A program made the translations under genes and the position numbers. 52,641 bases of DNA from Ferroacidibacillus organovorans (lineage in GTDB: Bacteria; Bacillota; Bacilli; Alicyclobacillales; SLC66). Location: positions 1 to 52,641 of the forward strand of contig NZ_LSUQ01000016.1 in NCBI RefSeq assembly GCF_001642725.1, written 5' to 3'. Position 1 is the first letter of the stretch, and every line of letters begins with the position of its first letter. Of this stretch, positions 41,125 through 51,215 are shown one piece after another. The notes below the pieces were generated by a model. It saw nothing but the letters and a program-made list of their open reading frames with translations. It was not told the DNA's origin and did not search any database.

Positions 41125-41988
41125 ATGAACACACTCAAAACGTGGATGCTCATGACCATCCTCACTGTATTTATTGTTTTGATCGGCACGCTCTTTGGGC
41201 GCAACGGCGCAACGCTCGCGCTCATCGTCGCAGTTGCCATGAATGGTTTCAGCTATTTTTTCAGTGATCAAGTGGCCTTAGCGATGAGTGGAGCAAAACC
41301 GGTCACGGAGCGCGAGGCGCCTACGCTCTATGCGGCGATTCGTCATTTGTCGACGCGCGCAGGCCTGCCTATGCCACGCGTATTCATCGCGCCGTCGCAG
41401 CAACCAAACGCCTTTGCGACAGGCAGAAATCCGAAAAATGCCGCCATCGTCGTGAACCAGGGGTTGCTCGACATATTGACAGAGCGCGAACTGACCGGCG
41501 TCCTCGCGCACGAGATGTCTCACGTTCGCCATCGCGACATTCTTGTGGCGACCGTTGCCGCAACCCTTGCCGGCGCGGTTACGTGGCTCGCGCACATGCT
41601 GCAGTGGGGTCTTTACTTTGGCATGGGGAATGATCGACGCAATCAGAATGTCATTGCCGATCTCGTCGTTATCATTCTCGCGCCGATTGCCGCCGCCATG
41701 ATTCAAATGGCGATTTCACGTTCGCGCGAATACAAGGCTGATGCCGGCGCAGCGCACTTGACACGCGACCCAGACGCGTTGGCTGATGCGCTGGCAAAGC
41801 TTGGGCACACCTCACGCTTTGGCACGTCAAACACTTCACGCTATGATGCGCCGTCCACAGCGGCAGCCGCGTTTGCCCATCTTTACATTGTCAATCCGCT
41901 GCGGGGTCAGACGCTGGCCGGACTCTTTAGCACTCACCCCCCCACAGAAGAACGCATTCGCCGTCTACGTCTGATGAGAATTGCATAA
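41125..41988 (+). CDS. htpX: Zinc metalloprotease HtpX
   Basis: PNAFATGRNP, LAHEMSH, ISRSREYKADA, FSTHPP. Confidence 0.95.
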   Translation: MNTLKTWMLMTILTVFIVLIGTLFGRNGATLALIVAVAMNGFSYFFSDQVALAMSGAKPVTEREAPTLYAAIRHLSTRAGLPMPRVFIAPSQQPNAFATGRNPKNAAIVVNQGLLDILTERELTGVLAHEMSHVRHRDILVATVAATLAGAVTWLAHMLQWGLYFGMGNDRRNQNVIADLVVIILAPIAAAMIQMAISRSREYKADAGAAHLTRDPDALADALAKLGHTSRFGTSNTSRYDAPSTAAAAFAHLYIVNPLRGQTLAGLFSTHPPTEERIRRLRLMRIA

Positions 41989-42027
41989 AAAGAACTGCCG
42001 AAATGACTCTCGGCAGTTCTTTTTTAT
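41987..42027. terminator. Bidirectional terminator
   Basis: AAAAAGAACTGCCGA-aatgactc-TCGGCAGTTCTTTTT between convergent genes. Confidence 0.85.
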
Positions 42028-42036
42028 TACGTTTCT

Positions 42037-42705
42037 TTAGAATGCAACGTTTTGACCGCGATCCGCCTGCATCACAGAGGATACTCCCCCTGCATTTTGC
42101 CCCTGTCCAAAGTAAGAAGACTGACCATATCCAGAGGATGATGCCCCCATGGCGTTCGTCGCTCCCTGCTCCGAAATGTTTTGATCCGCCGACAAAACAG
42201 ATTGCACAGCAGAAGCGTTGGATTGTGATCCGCCACCCATCGATGACGAGTAGCCGCTTTGGGAAGAAGCATTGTAGGGACTGCGGGACATCGTGTTGTA
42301 ATTGCTATAGCTCGGAGTCCCTTCGCGTGTCTCATAATTGCGATCCGCCTGCATCACCGACTGAACGTTTCCTGTCGACCCGTAAGAAGCGTTTTGCCCA
42401 TACGATGACCCATAGCCTTGGCTGCGAGACATCGTATTGTAATTGTTGTAGCTCGGCGTCCCTTCTTGCATCTCATAACTCCGATCCGCCTGCATCACTT
42501 GACCCATTGAACCTTGTCCCATAGAGCCAGAGGACTGGAAGTTTTGATACGCAGGTTGCCCAAACGTCGACTGTGTCGTCTGTGACGTCTGATACGAAAC
42601 CGATTGCGCGATTTGTTGAAGCTGCTGTGACGCCTGTTGACAAAGATTCATGGCATTACTGCAGAGTTGTTGGCTGTGTTGCAACTGCTGTTGAATGGAA
42701 TTCAA
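42037..42705 (-). CDS. Gln/Ser/Gly/Asn-rich repeat protein, probably spore-associated
   Basis: AGGAGG RBS plus TTG at 42705; four 'VMQADR'-type repeats; SigF/SigG-like promoter GCATA...GGGAACACTA upstream. Confidence 0.7.
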   Translation of the reverse strand: MNSIQQQLQHSQQLCSNAMNLCQQASQQLQQIAQSVSYQTSQTTQSTFGQPAYQNFQSSGSMGQGSMGQVMQADRSYEMQEGTPSYNNYNTMSRSQGYGSSYGQNASYGSTGNVQSVMQADRNYETREGTPSYSNYNTMSRSPYNASSQSGYSSSMGGGSQSNASAVQSVLSADQNISEQGATNAMGASSSGYGQSSYFGQGQNAGGVSSVMQADRGQNVAF

Positions 42706-42971
42706 GGGCGACGCCTCCTGTGGGTGTGTTGTTGTACGTCCACGACGCTCATGAAGATTTGCGTGGGTTCTTAAAAAGTACGATCGTAGTGTTCCCACAG
42801 CCTTTTTAGGTATGCGATATCGCGCATTCGGCGGGCACGTAATATTTGGCAGTGTTCATTCCACACCTTGCGAGCACACTAGAGGACATCGCGGAAGAAT
42901 CCGTCTCGATTCTCTGCACAACCTTTACGGGAACATCCTCACGGATGAGTTCGAAGAGCGGGGTGGTCATC

Positions 42972-44099
42972 ATGCTACGCATCATAAAACGAAGAAAAGT
43001 GCAGCCGTCACCTCTTATTCGCGCTGCCTTTCCAGGACTCGTTAGTTGCCTCGTTGCGTTTCCACTTGTATGCAGCACCCTGTCAGCACACGCCACCGCA
43101 GAGCTGTCACATGTGCCAAAACACCCATCGATCCCAGTCAATGGGATGTCCGATCAGGCGACACAAGCCATTCCCGACTGGTATCGCAGAGCATCCGCTC
43201 GCAACGGCATCCCTTGGTATCTTCTCGCAGGGCTTGATGTGTATGGCGCAACGACGACAAAAGTTCCTCCGGATGTGGTGCGACCAAAGGGCAAACCGAT
43301 CACTGTCACTGGCTATCGCTTCCCGACAACATTTTGGCAAGGACTGTTTAATCCTGTACAGAATGATGACAATCCAAAACGAATTGCCCTCTTTGAAGGA
43401 CGCGGACGCGATGGCGACAATGATCACAAGGCGCTACAAGACGATCCGTACGATCGTGTCGAAGCGATTGCCGCTTGGCTTCGCAGCGGAGGGCAAACTG
43501 AACAGGATCAAATGAACGTTTTGTGGAATACACTCAACAATCCTGCGGGTGTCGAACGCATTCTCGCTCTGTCCAATGTCTACAGAAAATTCCAGACGAC
43601 ACAACTAACCGCCAGATGTTTTCCTCTCCACAAGCGCTACAATTATTCATTTCGCGATACGTGGGGCGAAGGCAGAAGTTTTGGAGGAAGGCGAATTCAT
43701 GAGGGTACCGACCTGTTTGCAGATTACGGGACACCCGTCCTTAGCACATGCTATGGCTATGTCGAACTGATCGGTTGGAATCGATTGGGAGGATGGCGAA
43801 TCGGTTTGCGATCGGCCGACAATCAATACTTTTATTTCGCTCATCTTTCTTCTTACGCAAAACAAATCAAGCAAGGCGCGATCGTTCGGCCCGGCCAAGT
43901 GATCGGATACGTCGGCAGCAGCGGATATGGGAGACCTGGCACGTCAGGGAAGTTCCCACCCCATCTCCATTTTGGGGCGTATCGAGACACAGGAACGCGC
44001 GAGTGGGCGTTTGATCCATACCCGCTACTCAAACAGTGGGAGCGAAAACCGCAAGTGGTGATCTATCCCGAATCCAAGAAAAATAAAATCAAACACTGA
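42972..44099 (+). CDS. M23 family peptidase (YunA/LytH-like spore cortex endopeptidase)
   Basis: RIHEGTDLFA (HxxxD), GWNRLGGWRIG, YFAHL, FPPHLHFG; N-terminal TM. Confidence 0.85.
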   Translation: MLRIIKRRKVQPSPLIRAAFPGLVSCLVAFPLVCSTLSAHATAELSHVPKHPSIPVNGMSDQATQAIPDWYRRASARNGIPWYLLAGLDVYGATTTKVPPDVVRPKGKPITVTGYRFPTTFWQGLFNPVQNDDNPKRIALFEGRGRDGDNDHKALQDDPYDRVEAIAAWLRSGGQTEQDQMNVLWNTLNNPAGVERILALSNVYRKFQTTQLTARCFPLHKRYNYSFRDTWGEGRSFGGRRIHEGTDLFADYGTPVLSTCYGYVELIGWNRLGGWRIGLRSADNQYFYFAHLSSYAKQIKQGAIVRPGQVIGYVGSSGYGRPGTSGKFPPHLHFGAYRDTGTREWAFDPYPLLKQWERKPQVVIYPESKKNKIKH

Positions 44100-44100
44100 C

Positions 44101-44140
44101 GCATGTCCGAGTAGGGTTTAAATCCCTATTCGGACATGTC
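44101..44140. terminator. Hairpin terminator between convergent genes
   Basis: CATGTCCGAGTAGGG-tttaaat-CCCTATTCGGACATG. Confidence 0.65.
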
Positions 44141-44153
44141 GCATTCACCTCTT

Positions 44154-44906
44154 TTACCCGAATCGACCCGTCACATAATCTTCTGTCCGCTGATCGCGCG
44201 GTGTTGTAAAAATCTGCGTTGTAGGCCCATGCTCAACCATCTCACCCGAGAGGAAAAAAGCGGTCGTATCCGCCACTCGCGCAGCCTGCTGCATATTGTG
44301 AGTCACGATCACGATCGTATATGTTTGTTTAATCTCTTCAATCAATTCTTCAATTCTAAGCGTAGATATCGGGTCAAGCGCAGAAGCAGGTTCATCCATC
44401 AGTAGTACATCCGGCTCAATCGCGAGCGCTCGCGCAATACACAGTCGCTGCTGCTGCCCGCCTGATAGTCCTGTGCTCGACTTTTGCAAGCGATCCTTTA
44501 CTTCATCCCAGAGCGCCGCCATGCGCAACGATTTTTCAACCTGATCAGTGATCACAGAGCGTTTTGCATATCCATTTAGCCGCAATCCCACTGCCACGTT
44601 ATCGAAAATAGACAGTGTCGGGAAAGGATTCGGCCTTTGAAAGACCATCCCAATATTTCGGCGAACTGTCACCGGATCCATTTTGTAAACATCTTGCCCA
44701 TCAAGTCGAAGTTGTCCCGTCATTTTTGCACCGGGAACCGTCTCATGCATGCGATTAATGCAGCGAACAAAGGTTGACTTGCCACACCCCGAAGGCCCAA
44801 TAATCGCAGTCGCCTGATTGGCCTGCATCGTAAGCGAAACTTCATTTAAAACGCGATGAGATCCAAAGTACGCCGATACATTTTCTGCAGTTACTGTTTT
44901 CCCCAT
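44154..44906 (-). CDS. pstB: Phosphate ABC transporter ATP-binding protein
   Basis: [54 protein letters not shown]. Confidence 0.93.
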   Translation of the reverse strand: MGKTVTAENVSAYFGSHRVLNEVSLTMQANQATAIIGPSGCGKSTFVRCINRMHETVPGAKMTGQLRLDGQDVYKMDPVTVRRNIGMVFQRPNPFPTLSIFDNVAVGLRLNGYAKRSVITDQVEKSLRMAALWDEVKDRLQKSSTGLSGGQQQRLCIARALAIEPDVLLMDEPASALDPISTLRIEELIEEIKQTYTIVIVTHNMQQAARVADTTAFFLSGEMVEHGPTTQIFTTPRDQRTEDYVTGRFG

Positions 44907-45064
44907 GTATGTTTCTCCATTCAGAAAACCCCCCATGAGCAAAAGACGAAGGGGGGCTCCATCGTAAACGTAGCGATGGATACGCGACAAGGCTGTCCCA
45001 CTCATTTTACGAGAGGGATAGCCCTATGCGCAATGGAGCAGCGCGCCGTTTTGCTTCACTCGCA

Positions 45065-45295
45065 TCAATCTCTCATAGACGTGTCGTGTTCCGGGTGCAT
45101 AAATCGCCCCAGCATAGATTGCGTCTGTAAATCTTTGACGTCTTTTTCGTAAATCGCGCGCGTCGCGCCAGGATCGTGTTCACTCGCGTACTGATCGCCC
45201 GAGAGAATACTCGGATCAGTGTGTTCATCAAATGTTTCGAGTGGAGTCTTCCGAAACGGCGCTTCAGGCCCCTTTGACATCATAACCACCCCCAT
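45065..45295 (-). CDS. Small DUF3905-like protein
   Basis: 'PLETFDEHTDPSILSGDQY...FMHPEHDTS' recalls DUF3905; SigF-like ACATA-15-GGGAAAACTA upstream. Confidence 0.5.
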   Translation of the reverse strand: MGVVMMSKGPEAPFRKTPLETFDEHTDPSILSGDQYASEHDPGATRAIYEKDVKDLQTQSMLGRFMHPEHDTSMRD

Positions 45296-45385
45296 GATTT
45301 ATTGTTAGTTTTCCCACCATCCAGAATGCATATGTAGAGGGCTTGACCGATATAGATCAACATCTGGACAAAAAGGTGTGATCGC

Positions 45386-45817
45386 GTGAACCATCCTTCT
45401 GCTCAAACGGACGAGCCGTTACAGCGCGGCCCGGAACAAATCTACAGTCGCACGACAGGCTGGATTTTTCTTCTCCTTTTTCTTGCGAGTTTTCTGCCAC
45501 TCGGATTAAAAACCTATCTCACATTGACAGGCGAGATGGCGATCATTCATCTCATTCTTGGACTCGGCGGACTCATCGCGGCGCATTCTGTAAAACGCAC
45601 ACAAACAATCTATGGAGTCGGCGCCGGCGCTTGGCTCATCGTAATCGGCGTCACAGGTAAAGGGAATCCATTTGGGCTGCCCATCGCTTCACTCCCACTT
45701 GATCACGCGCTTCACACGGTGTTAGGAATCTGGGCATTCTACGGACCGCTGCTTCATTTTCCGTGGAAACGAGTACTCAAGCGGTCACATGACGCAAAGA
45801 CAAACTCCCAAGAGTAG
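45386..45817 (+). CDS. DUF4383-like membrane protein
   Basis: 'IIHLILGLGGLIAA' and 'DHALHTVLG' His-containing TM motifs. Confidence 0.55.
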   Translation: MNHPSAQTDEPLQRGPEQIYSRTTGWIFLLLFLASFLPLGLKTYLTLTGEMAIIHLILGLGGLIAAHSVKRTQTIYGVGAGAWLIVIGVTGKGNPFGLPIASLPLDHALHTVLGIWAFYGPLLHFPWKRVLKRSHDAKTNSQE

Positions 45818-45873
45818 AGCGTGACCAGAACGCGTACACTACTTCTGTTTCAATACAAAACGAGGCAGGAGGA

Positions 45874-46305
45874 ATGAGAATGAAGGTACGGGATTTAATG
45901 ACGTCCCATGTTGTGACATGCGCGACAAACGCGACATGTGAAGATGCGGCGAAAAAAATGCGCACAGAAAAAGTCGGTTCCATCCCTGTGGTCGAGGGAA
46001 GCAAACTTGTCGGAATCATTACAGATCGCGACATTGTTGTAGAGTGTGTCGCACAAGGAAAGTCCTGCAGTGAGACGCAGGTTGCGACCATCATGACGAA
46101 AAATCCGGTCACCTGCACGCCTGAAACCGATGCGCATGAAGCCGCTCGCATGATGGCGCGAGAGCAAATCCGGCGATTGCCAGTCATCGAAAACGGCACA
46201 CTCTGTGGCGTCTGTGCATTAGGCGATTTGGCTGTGGTTGACATTCATGTCAACGAAGCGGGCGAGGCGCTTAGTGGCATCTCTGAACAGACACAGATCC
46301 ACTAA
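45874..46305 (+). CDS. CBS domain protein (YhcV-like)
   Basis: VRDLMT, GSIPVVEG.KLVGIITDRDI, QIRRLPV, GEALSGISE. Confidence 0.9.
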   Translation: MRMKVRDLMTSHVVTCATNATCEDAAKKMRTEKVGSIPVVEGSKLVGIITDRDIVVECVAQGKSCSETQVATIMTKNPVTCTPETDAHEAARMMAREQIRRLPVIENGTLCGVCALGDLAVVDIHVNEAGEALSGISEQTQIH

Positions 46306-46486
46306 GTAGTTGAAGCGACATTCTATTGTGGCGGTACGTCCCCCCGCTTGGGTGGGCGTACCGTTTTTATTGATTCATCCGCATCGATGAAGGGTGCATC
46401 GTTCCCGCCGTGCCATCTTTAAAAGGCCCTCACCGCAGTGAGGGCCTCGACAAACGTATTCAATTGTCACCGGAAAGAGACCAAAA

Positions 46487-46699
46487 TTACCGACCAGCGA
46501 GTTGTTGTTCTGCAAGCGCCACGAGTTTACGGGTGATATGACCACCAATCGCGCCTGTGTCGCGGGTCGTCATTGTCCCCCAGTACCCGTCTTGCGGGGT
46601 TTGAATCCCCAACTCACCTGCAACCTCATACTTCAACTGATCGAGGGCGCGAGAAGCGCCTTTCACTAAGAGCGTGTTGGACTTTTGTCCTTGTGCCAC
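46487..46699 (-). CDS. Alpha/beta-type small acid-soluble spore protein
   Basis: SNTLLVKGASRALDQLKYEVAGELG...GAIGGHITRKLVALAEQQL; AGGAGGTG RBS before GTG at 46699. Confidence 0.93.
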   Translation of the reverse strand: MAQGQKSNTLLVKGASRALDQLKYEVAGELGIQTPQDGYWGTMTTRDTGAIGGHITRKLVALAEQQLAGR

Positions 46700-46816
46700 G
46701 CTGACCACCTCCTTCGTGATGATAGTGTACCCGCGATCGAGTTCACTACACTGTCACTTTTTGGTGGATTGTCCTTCGCGCAACAGCCACGCATCTTTTC
46801 AATTCAATCCATTCTT

Positions 46817-47947
46817 TTAACGATCCTCTAGCTTCACAAAAGCGCGGCGCTTGATCCCGATAAAATCAGCACGCGGACGAATGAGGCGATTGTGGCGGTA
46901 TTGTTCCAAGACGTGCGCCGTCCAACCAGAAATGCGACTGACTGCAAACACAGGTGTGAAGAGATGAATCGGAATGCCCATCATGTAATACATGGAGGCA
47001 GAGTAAAAATCGACATTTGGGTTGAGTTTTTTCTTCTCACGAACAACCGATTCTACGACTTTTGAGATCTCGTAATACGTCGTATTGCCTTTGCGTTCAC
47101 CCATCTCCTGGCTCATGCGGCGAAGATGCGTCGCGCGCGGATCCTCCGTGTGATATACGCGATGGCCAAATCCCATGATCCGCCGCTTCTCTTCGAGCGC
47201 CTTTGTGATCCACGCTTCAGCGTCCTCCAAATGGCCGATCTCTTTTAACATCAGCATGACCTGCTCATTGGCGCCACCGTGTAAAGGGCCTTTTAATGTA
47301 CCGACGGCTGACGTGACTGCAGAGTACAGGTCAGACAGTGTTGCCGCAGTTACGCGCGCAGAAAACGTACTGGCATTTAATTCGTGATCAGCGTGAAGGA
47401 TGAGCGCAATGTCAAGCGCACGCGCGTCCCGTTCATCTGGCTCTACACCATTTAGCATATACAGAAAATTGCCCGCCAGACTCAAATCCTTGCGCGGTTC
47501 AATCTGCGCTTGCCCAGTCTTGTAACGCTCAATCGCAGTCACCATGGTGGGCAATTGCGAGACGAGACGAACCGCCATGCGGACACTCGCGTCATAGGAG
47601 GTATCTCCGTCATCCGGGTCAAAAAGGCCTGAGGCAGAAACGAGCGTCCTTAACATTTCCATCGCATTCCCCGTTTTGGGGAGCGTTTTCAACACCTCCA
47701 CCGCACCTTGACTGAGCGCTCGTTCGGTAGAAAGAGATAAACGAAAAGATTGCAGTTGTTCCGTTGAAGGAAGTTCGCCGTGCCACAACAAATAAATAAC
47801 TTCTTCAAACGTACTGCCGCCACCGACCAAATCGTGAATATCGTAGCCACGATAGACGAGACGGCCTTCATCCCCATCGATAAAGCAAATTTCACTGGAT
47901 GCAGCTACGACATCTTCGAGTCCTTCTGAAAACTGAGATTCAGACAT
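46817..47947 (-). CDS. citZ: Citrate synthase
   Basis: GLEDVVA, LHADHELNASTF, GPLHGGANE, GFGHRVY, PNVDFYS. Confidence 0.93.
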   Translation of the reverse strand: MSESQFSEGLEDVVAASSEICFIDGDEGRLVYRGYDIHDLVGGGSTFEEVIYLLWHGELPSTEQLQSFRLSLSTERALSQGAVEVLKTLPKTGNAMEMLRTLVSASGLFDPDDGDTSYDASVRMAVRLVSQLPTMVTAIERYKTGQAQIEPRKDLSLAGNFLYMLNGVEPDERDARALDIALILHADHELNASTFSARVTAATLSDLYSAVTSAVGTLKGPLHGGANEQVMLMLKEIGHLEDAEAWITKALEEKRRIMGFGHRVYHTEDPRATHLRRMSQEMGERKGNTTYYEISKVVESVVREKKKLNPNVDFYSASMYYMMGIPIHLFTPVFAVSRISGWTAHVLEQYRHNRLIRPRADFIGIKRRAFVKLEDR

Positions 47948-48103
47948 ACGATTCCCTCCGCCGCTTCAGGTTAGGCAACCCATCGCCTACATTATACTCC
48001 TGCATCAGCAATCCACAACATGGTAATCAAGCGATTCTTCCACGAAGAAGCCTTGTCCGAAAAGATTTGGTACAATGTGGACAGTCAATCAAGGAGGTTC
48101 TCC

Positions 48104-48907
48104 ATGCACCAATATTGGTTTTTTATCGGTTCCTACCCCGTTCGCGCATACAGCACCCTCTTTTTGCTCGCGTTTCTACTCGGCCTCGGCGTGACAGTAT
48201 ACATCGCACGCGTCGAAGGAAAAAAGCATCTCGTCGATCACATCATGAACCTGGCTCCCCTGCTTTTTATCGGTGGACTGATCGGCTCGCGAATCTGGCA
48301 GGTTTTTTTCTTCGACTGGGCGTATTACAGCGTTCATCCTGGACAAATCATCGCGATCTGGCACGGTGGGCTCTCGATTCAGGGTGGGATCGTCGGAAGT
48401 TTATTAGTGGCGCTTTGGTATTTACGGCGACACAAGCTTTCATTTTGGGAACTCGCCGATTTGTTTGCGCCAGGAATCATCTTGGGACAAAGCATTGGCC
48501 GTGACGCCAACCTGATGAATGGCGATGCATTCGGCTCTCCAACAGGTGGAAACTTTGGTTTGCTCTATCCTGTAGGTACGCTCGCGCGAGCCACCTATGG
48601 AAATCGACCGCTGTGGCCCGCCGAAGTGTGGGAGGGACAGGGTGACGTCATCATCTTTGCACTCCTGTTGATCATGAAGCAGCGCAGATGGCCGCGCGGT
48701 GTCATTTTCCTCACTGAAAACTTGCTCTACAGTCTCGAACGCTTTTTGCTGGAGATTCTACGCGGAGACAGTCCACGGTTTCTATTTCACTGGGACGCAG
48801 CACAATGGACCAGTGCGCCTGTCATCTTGATCTGCATCATCCTTATGCCGTATCTCTATAAGCAGCAAAAAAAGCGAGACGCGCTAGAACTGGAACCTCT
48901 TGCCTAA
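48104..48907 (+). CDS. lgt: Prolipoprotein diacylglyceryl transferase
   Basis: IWHGGLSIQGG, GQSIGR.ANLMNGDAFG, RFLLEILRGD; AAGGAGG RBS before ATG at 48104. Confidence 0.88.
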   Translation: MHQYWFFIGSYPVRAYSTLFLLAFLLGLGVTVYIARVEGKKHLVDHIMNLAPLLFIGGLIGSRIWQVFFFDWAYYSVHPGQIIAIWHGGLSIQGGIVGSLLVALWYLRRHKLSFWELADLFAPGIILGQSIGRDANLMNGDAFGSPTGGNFGLLYPVGTLARATYGNRPLWPAEVWEGQGDVIIFALLLIMKQRRWPRGVIFLTENLLYSLERFLLEILRGDSPRFLFHWDAAQWTSAPVILICIILMPYLYKQQKKRDALELEPLA

Positions 48908-48910
48908 GCC

Positions 48911-48945
48911 TCACGGCAGCAAGGGTTTTCCCCTTGCTGCCGTGC
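48911..48945 (+). terminator. Strong hairpin after lgt
   Basis: CACGGCAGCAAGGG-tttt-CCCTTGCTGCCGTG. Confidence 0.6.
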
Positions 48946-49079
48946 ATCGTCGCGCTTCGTTCGAATGCGAGTAACAAAAATATCCTGCAAATAATCACCC
49001 CTTTTTCTCATATTCCCGCGATCGCCTGTCGACACTAGAGATACGCGATCATCGTGAATGCGCGAAAAGGGGTGGGCTT

Positions 49080-50195
49080 ATGTACATTCGATTTCTTCGG
49101 GAGGACTATGACCCTGCCACAGGTGTTCTAACCATCTCGGCGCTTCCCATTCGTCGCTCCATCACCGAAGAGTTTGCAGAGGAACTCGGCGAAACGTCGG
49201 AAGACATCGGCGACAGCGATGAACCAGATGGCATTCTAAACTATGTGACAGCGAAGCACGCGCACCATGTCAACCTGCGCAAGATTCAACTCGTCGTAGG
49301 ATCCGCACTCCTTCTCTCTATACCACTCTTTGCCCAAGGCGCCGCCTTCGCTCCGAATGCGGCGGCTGCCGTCTTTAGCGCAGGAACCCTGACGGTTTCC
49401 CACGCCGTCTATTTACGGGCAGAGCCGCGCCTTTACGGCCAGGATCGCATGCATCTGCTCAGTCCAGGCACAACCCTTACGGTGATCAATCGACCGAACG
49501 CGTCATGGTTCCATGTTCGCACACCGGATGGTCAGACAGGCTATGTCGTTTCACACCCCTACTACGTCGAGGCGCACTACGGTCCCACGCACGTGACGAC
49601 GACAGCGGCTAGTCGCGGTGCAGTACCAGGCACTGCGGTGACGGGAACGGCCGCAACAGGTTCCGCGATAACCGGTGCCACAGGGAGCCCAACTGCAAAT
49701 CCTTCGAGTTATTCAGCGCCCACGCAAATCACGACGCCAAGCACCCTGCCGACACTCCCACTCGGTGTTCATCTCGACCCAAACATCACGCCACTCGCAC
49801 CGCTTCACGCGACGTATGAGCAGAAGTTTCAGGCCGTCCTGACCATCGCACAGGACAAGCTTGGCACACCGTACATTTGGGGGCACAACGAAGATCGCGG
49901 GCAGTACGGATTTGACTGTTCGAATTTCACGGAATATGTCTATCACCACGCGCTCGGGTATCTCATGTCGACAGCGAGCCGTGTTCAAGCCACATCCGTA
50001 GGCGATCCTGTTCCGATCGGCGATATGCAGCCAGGTGATTTATTAATTTTTAACAACGGCGGACATGTCGGAATTTATATCGGGAATGGACAGATGATTC
50101 AAGAAGGCGGCGGCCTCGGCAAAGTCGGCTACTTGCGCGTTAGCCCGGGATCTTATTGGTATAATCACCTTACCGCCGTAAAACGAATGTTTTAA
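49080..50195 (+). CDS. SH3b plus NlpC/P60 (C40) cell-wall peptidase
   Basis: SH3b 'VYLRAEP...WFHVRTPDGQTGYV', Thr/Ala linker, GTPYIWG, GFDCSNF, GHVGIYIGNG. Confidence 0.88.
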   Translation: MYIRFLREDYDPATGVLTISALPIRRSITEEFAEELGETSEDIGDSDEPDGILNYVTAKHAHHVNLRKIQLVVGSALLLSIPLFAQGAAFAPNAAAAVFSAGTLTVSHAVYLRAEPRLYGQDRMHLLSPGTTLTVINRPNASWFHVRTPDGQTGYVVSHPYYVEAHYGPTHVTTTAASRGAVPGTAVTGTAATGSAITGATGSPTANPSSYSAPTQITTPSTLPTLPLGVHLDPNITPLAPLHATYEQKFQAVLTIAQDKLGTPYIWGHNEDRGQYGFDCSNFTEYVYHHALGYLMSTASRVQATSVGDPVPIGDMQPGDLLIFNNGGHVGIYIGNGQMIQEGGGLGKVGYLRVSPGSYWYNHLTAVKRMF

Positions 50196-50216
50196 CGGTG
50201 ACGAGTACCTTAAGGG

Positions 50217-51215
50217 ATGAGCGAAGGGATTGCACAAGTGATGGAATTGTATTTTTTGGGGACCGGTGCGGGCGTTCCATCCACCGAGCGAAATGTCAGT
50301 GCGCTGGCGCTGCGTTTGGACAAACCTCACGAGACGTGGTTGTTTGACTGTGGCGAAGCAACGCAGCACCAGCTGTTAAAGAGTCCGCTGAGTCCAATGA
50401 AAATTCGTCGGGTCTTCATCACCCACCTGCACGGTGATCACGTTTTTGGACTCCCAGGGTTTTTATCCAGTCGCTCTTTACAAGGTGACGCAAATCACCG
50501 CGTCACCGTCTACGGGCCAACCGGAATTGAGGAATTTCTGCGACATGCGCTTCGCCATACCTCGACGCATGTTCGCTACGGCTTTGACATCGTCGAGTTT
50601 GACCCGACTACGCTTCACACGACGCACTTGTATGAAGATGATCACATCGCGATCACATTCGCACCGCTTCGGCACGGCATACCGACGGTCGGCTTTCTCA
50701 TTCGTGAAAAAGAGCATCCCGGTGCGCTTGACGCAGAAAAACTGCGCGCACTCGGCGTCGCACCGGGACCCCAGTACGGAGAACTGAAACGCGGGATTGA
50801 CGTCACACTGGAGGACGGTCGAACGCTAAAACCAGACGATTTCCGCAAGCCAAACACACCTGGGCGACGGGTGGCCATTCTCGGCGACACCGCACCGTGT
50901 AAAGAGGCGGTGGCTCTCGCACGCGATGCAGACGTTCTCGTGCACGAGAGCACTTTTTCTGCAAGAGACGCCGCTCACGCTCATCAACACCATCACTCTA
51001 CCGCGCGCGACGCCGCGCAAACGGCGCTTGCTGCAAACGCGAAGCGATTAATCCTAACGCACATCAGCCCACGCTATCACGAGCGGGCAAACGATCCAGC
51101 CGATCTGCCGATCCAATTGTTACAGGAGGCAAGGTCAATCTTTGCGAACACGGATCTCGCCTATGACCACTTTCACGCAGTCATTCCAAGAATTGTTCCC
51201 TCAGTCTCTCATTGA
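50217..51215 (+). CDS. rnz: Ribonuclease Z
   Basis: FLGTGAGVP, FDCGEATQ, THLHGDH, GDT, HEST, THISPRY. Confidence 0.94.
   Translation: MSEGIAQVMELYFLGTGAGVPSTERNVSALALRLDKPHETWLFDCGEATQHQLLKSPLSPMKIRRVFITHLHGDHVFGLPGFLSSRSLQGDANHRVTVYGPTGIEEFLRHALRHTSTHVRYGFDIVEFDPTTLHTTHLYEDDHIAITFAPLRHGIPTVGFLIREKEHPGALDAEKLRALGVAPGPQYGELKRGIDVTLEDGRTLKPDDFRKPNTPGRRVAILGDTAPCKEAVALARDADVLVHESTFSARDAAHAHQHHHSTARDAAQTALAANAKRLILTHISPRYHERANDPADLPIQLLQEARSIFANTDLAYDHFHAVIPRIVPSVSH

Noticed and set aside
42280..42500. Direct DNA repeats of about 85 bp as a possible CRISPR array
   Set aside because: They are in-frame coding repeats inside the Gln-rich protein, with only two long copies, no repeat-spacer periodicity and no cas genes
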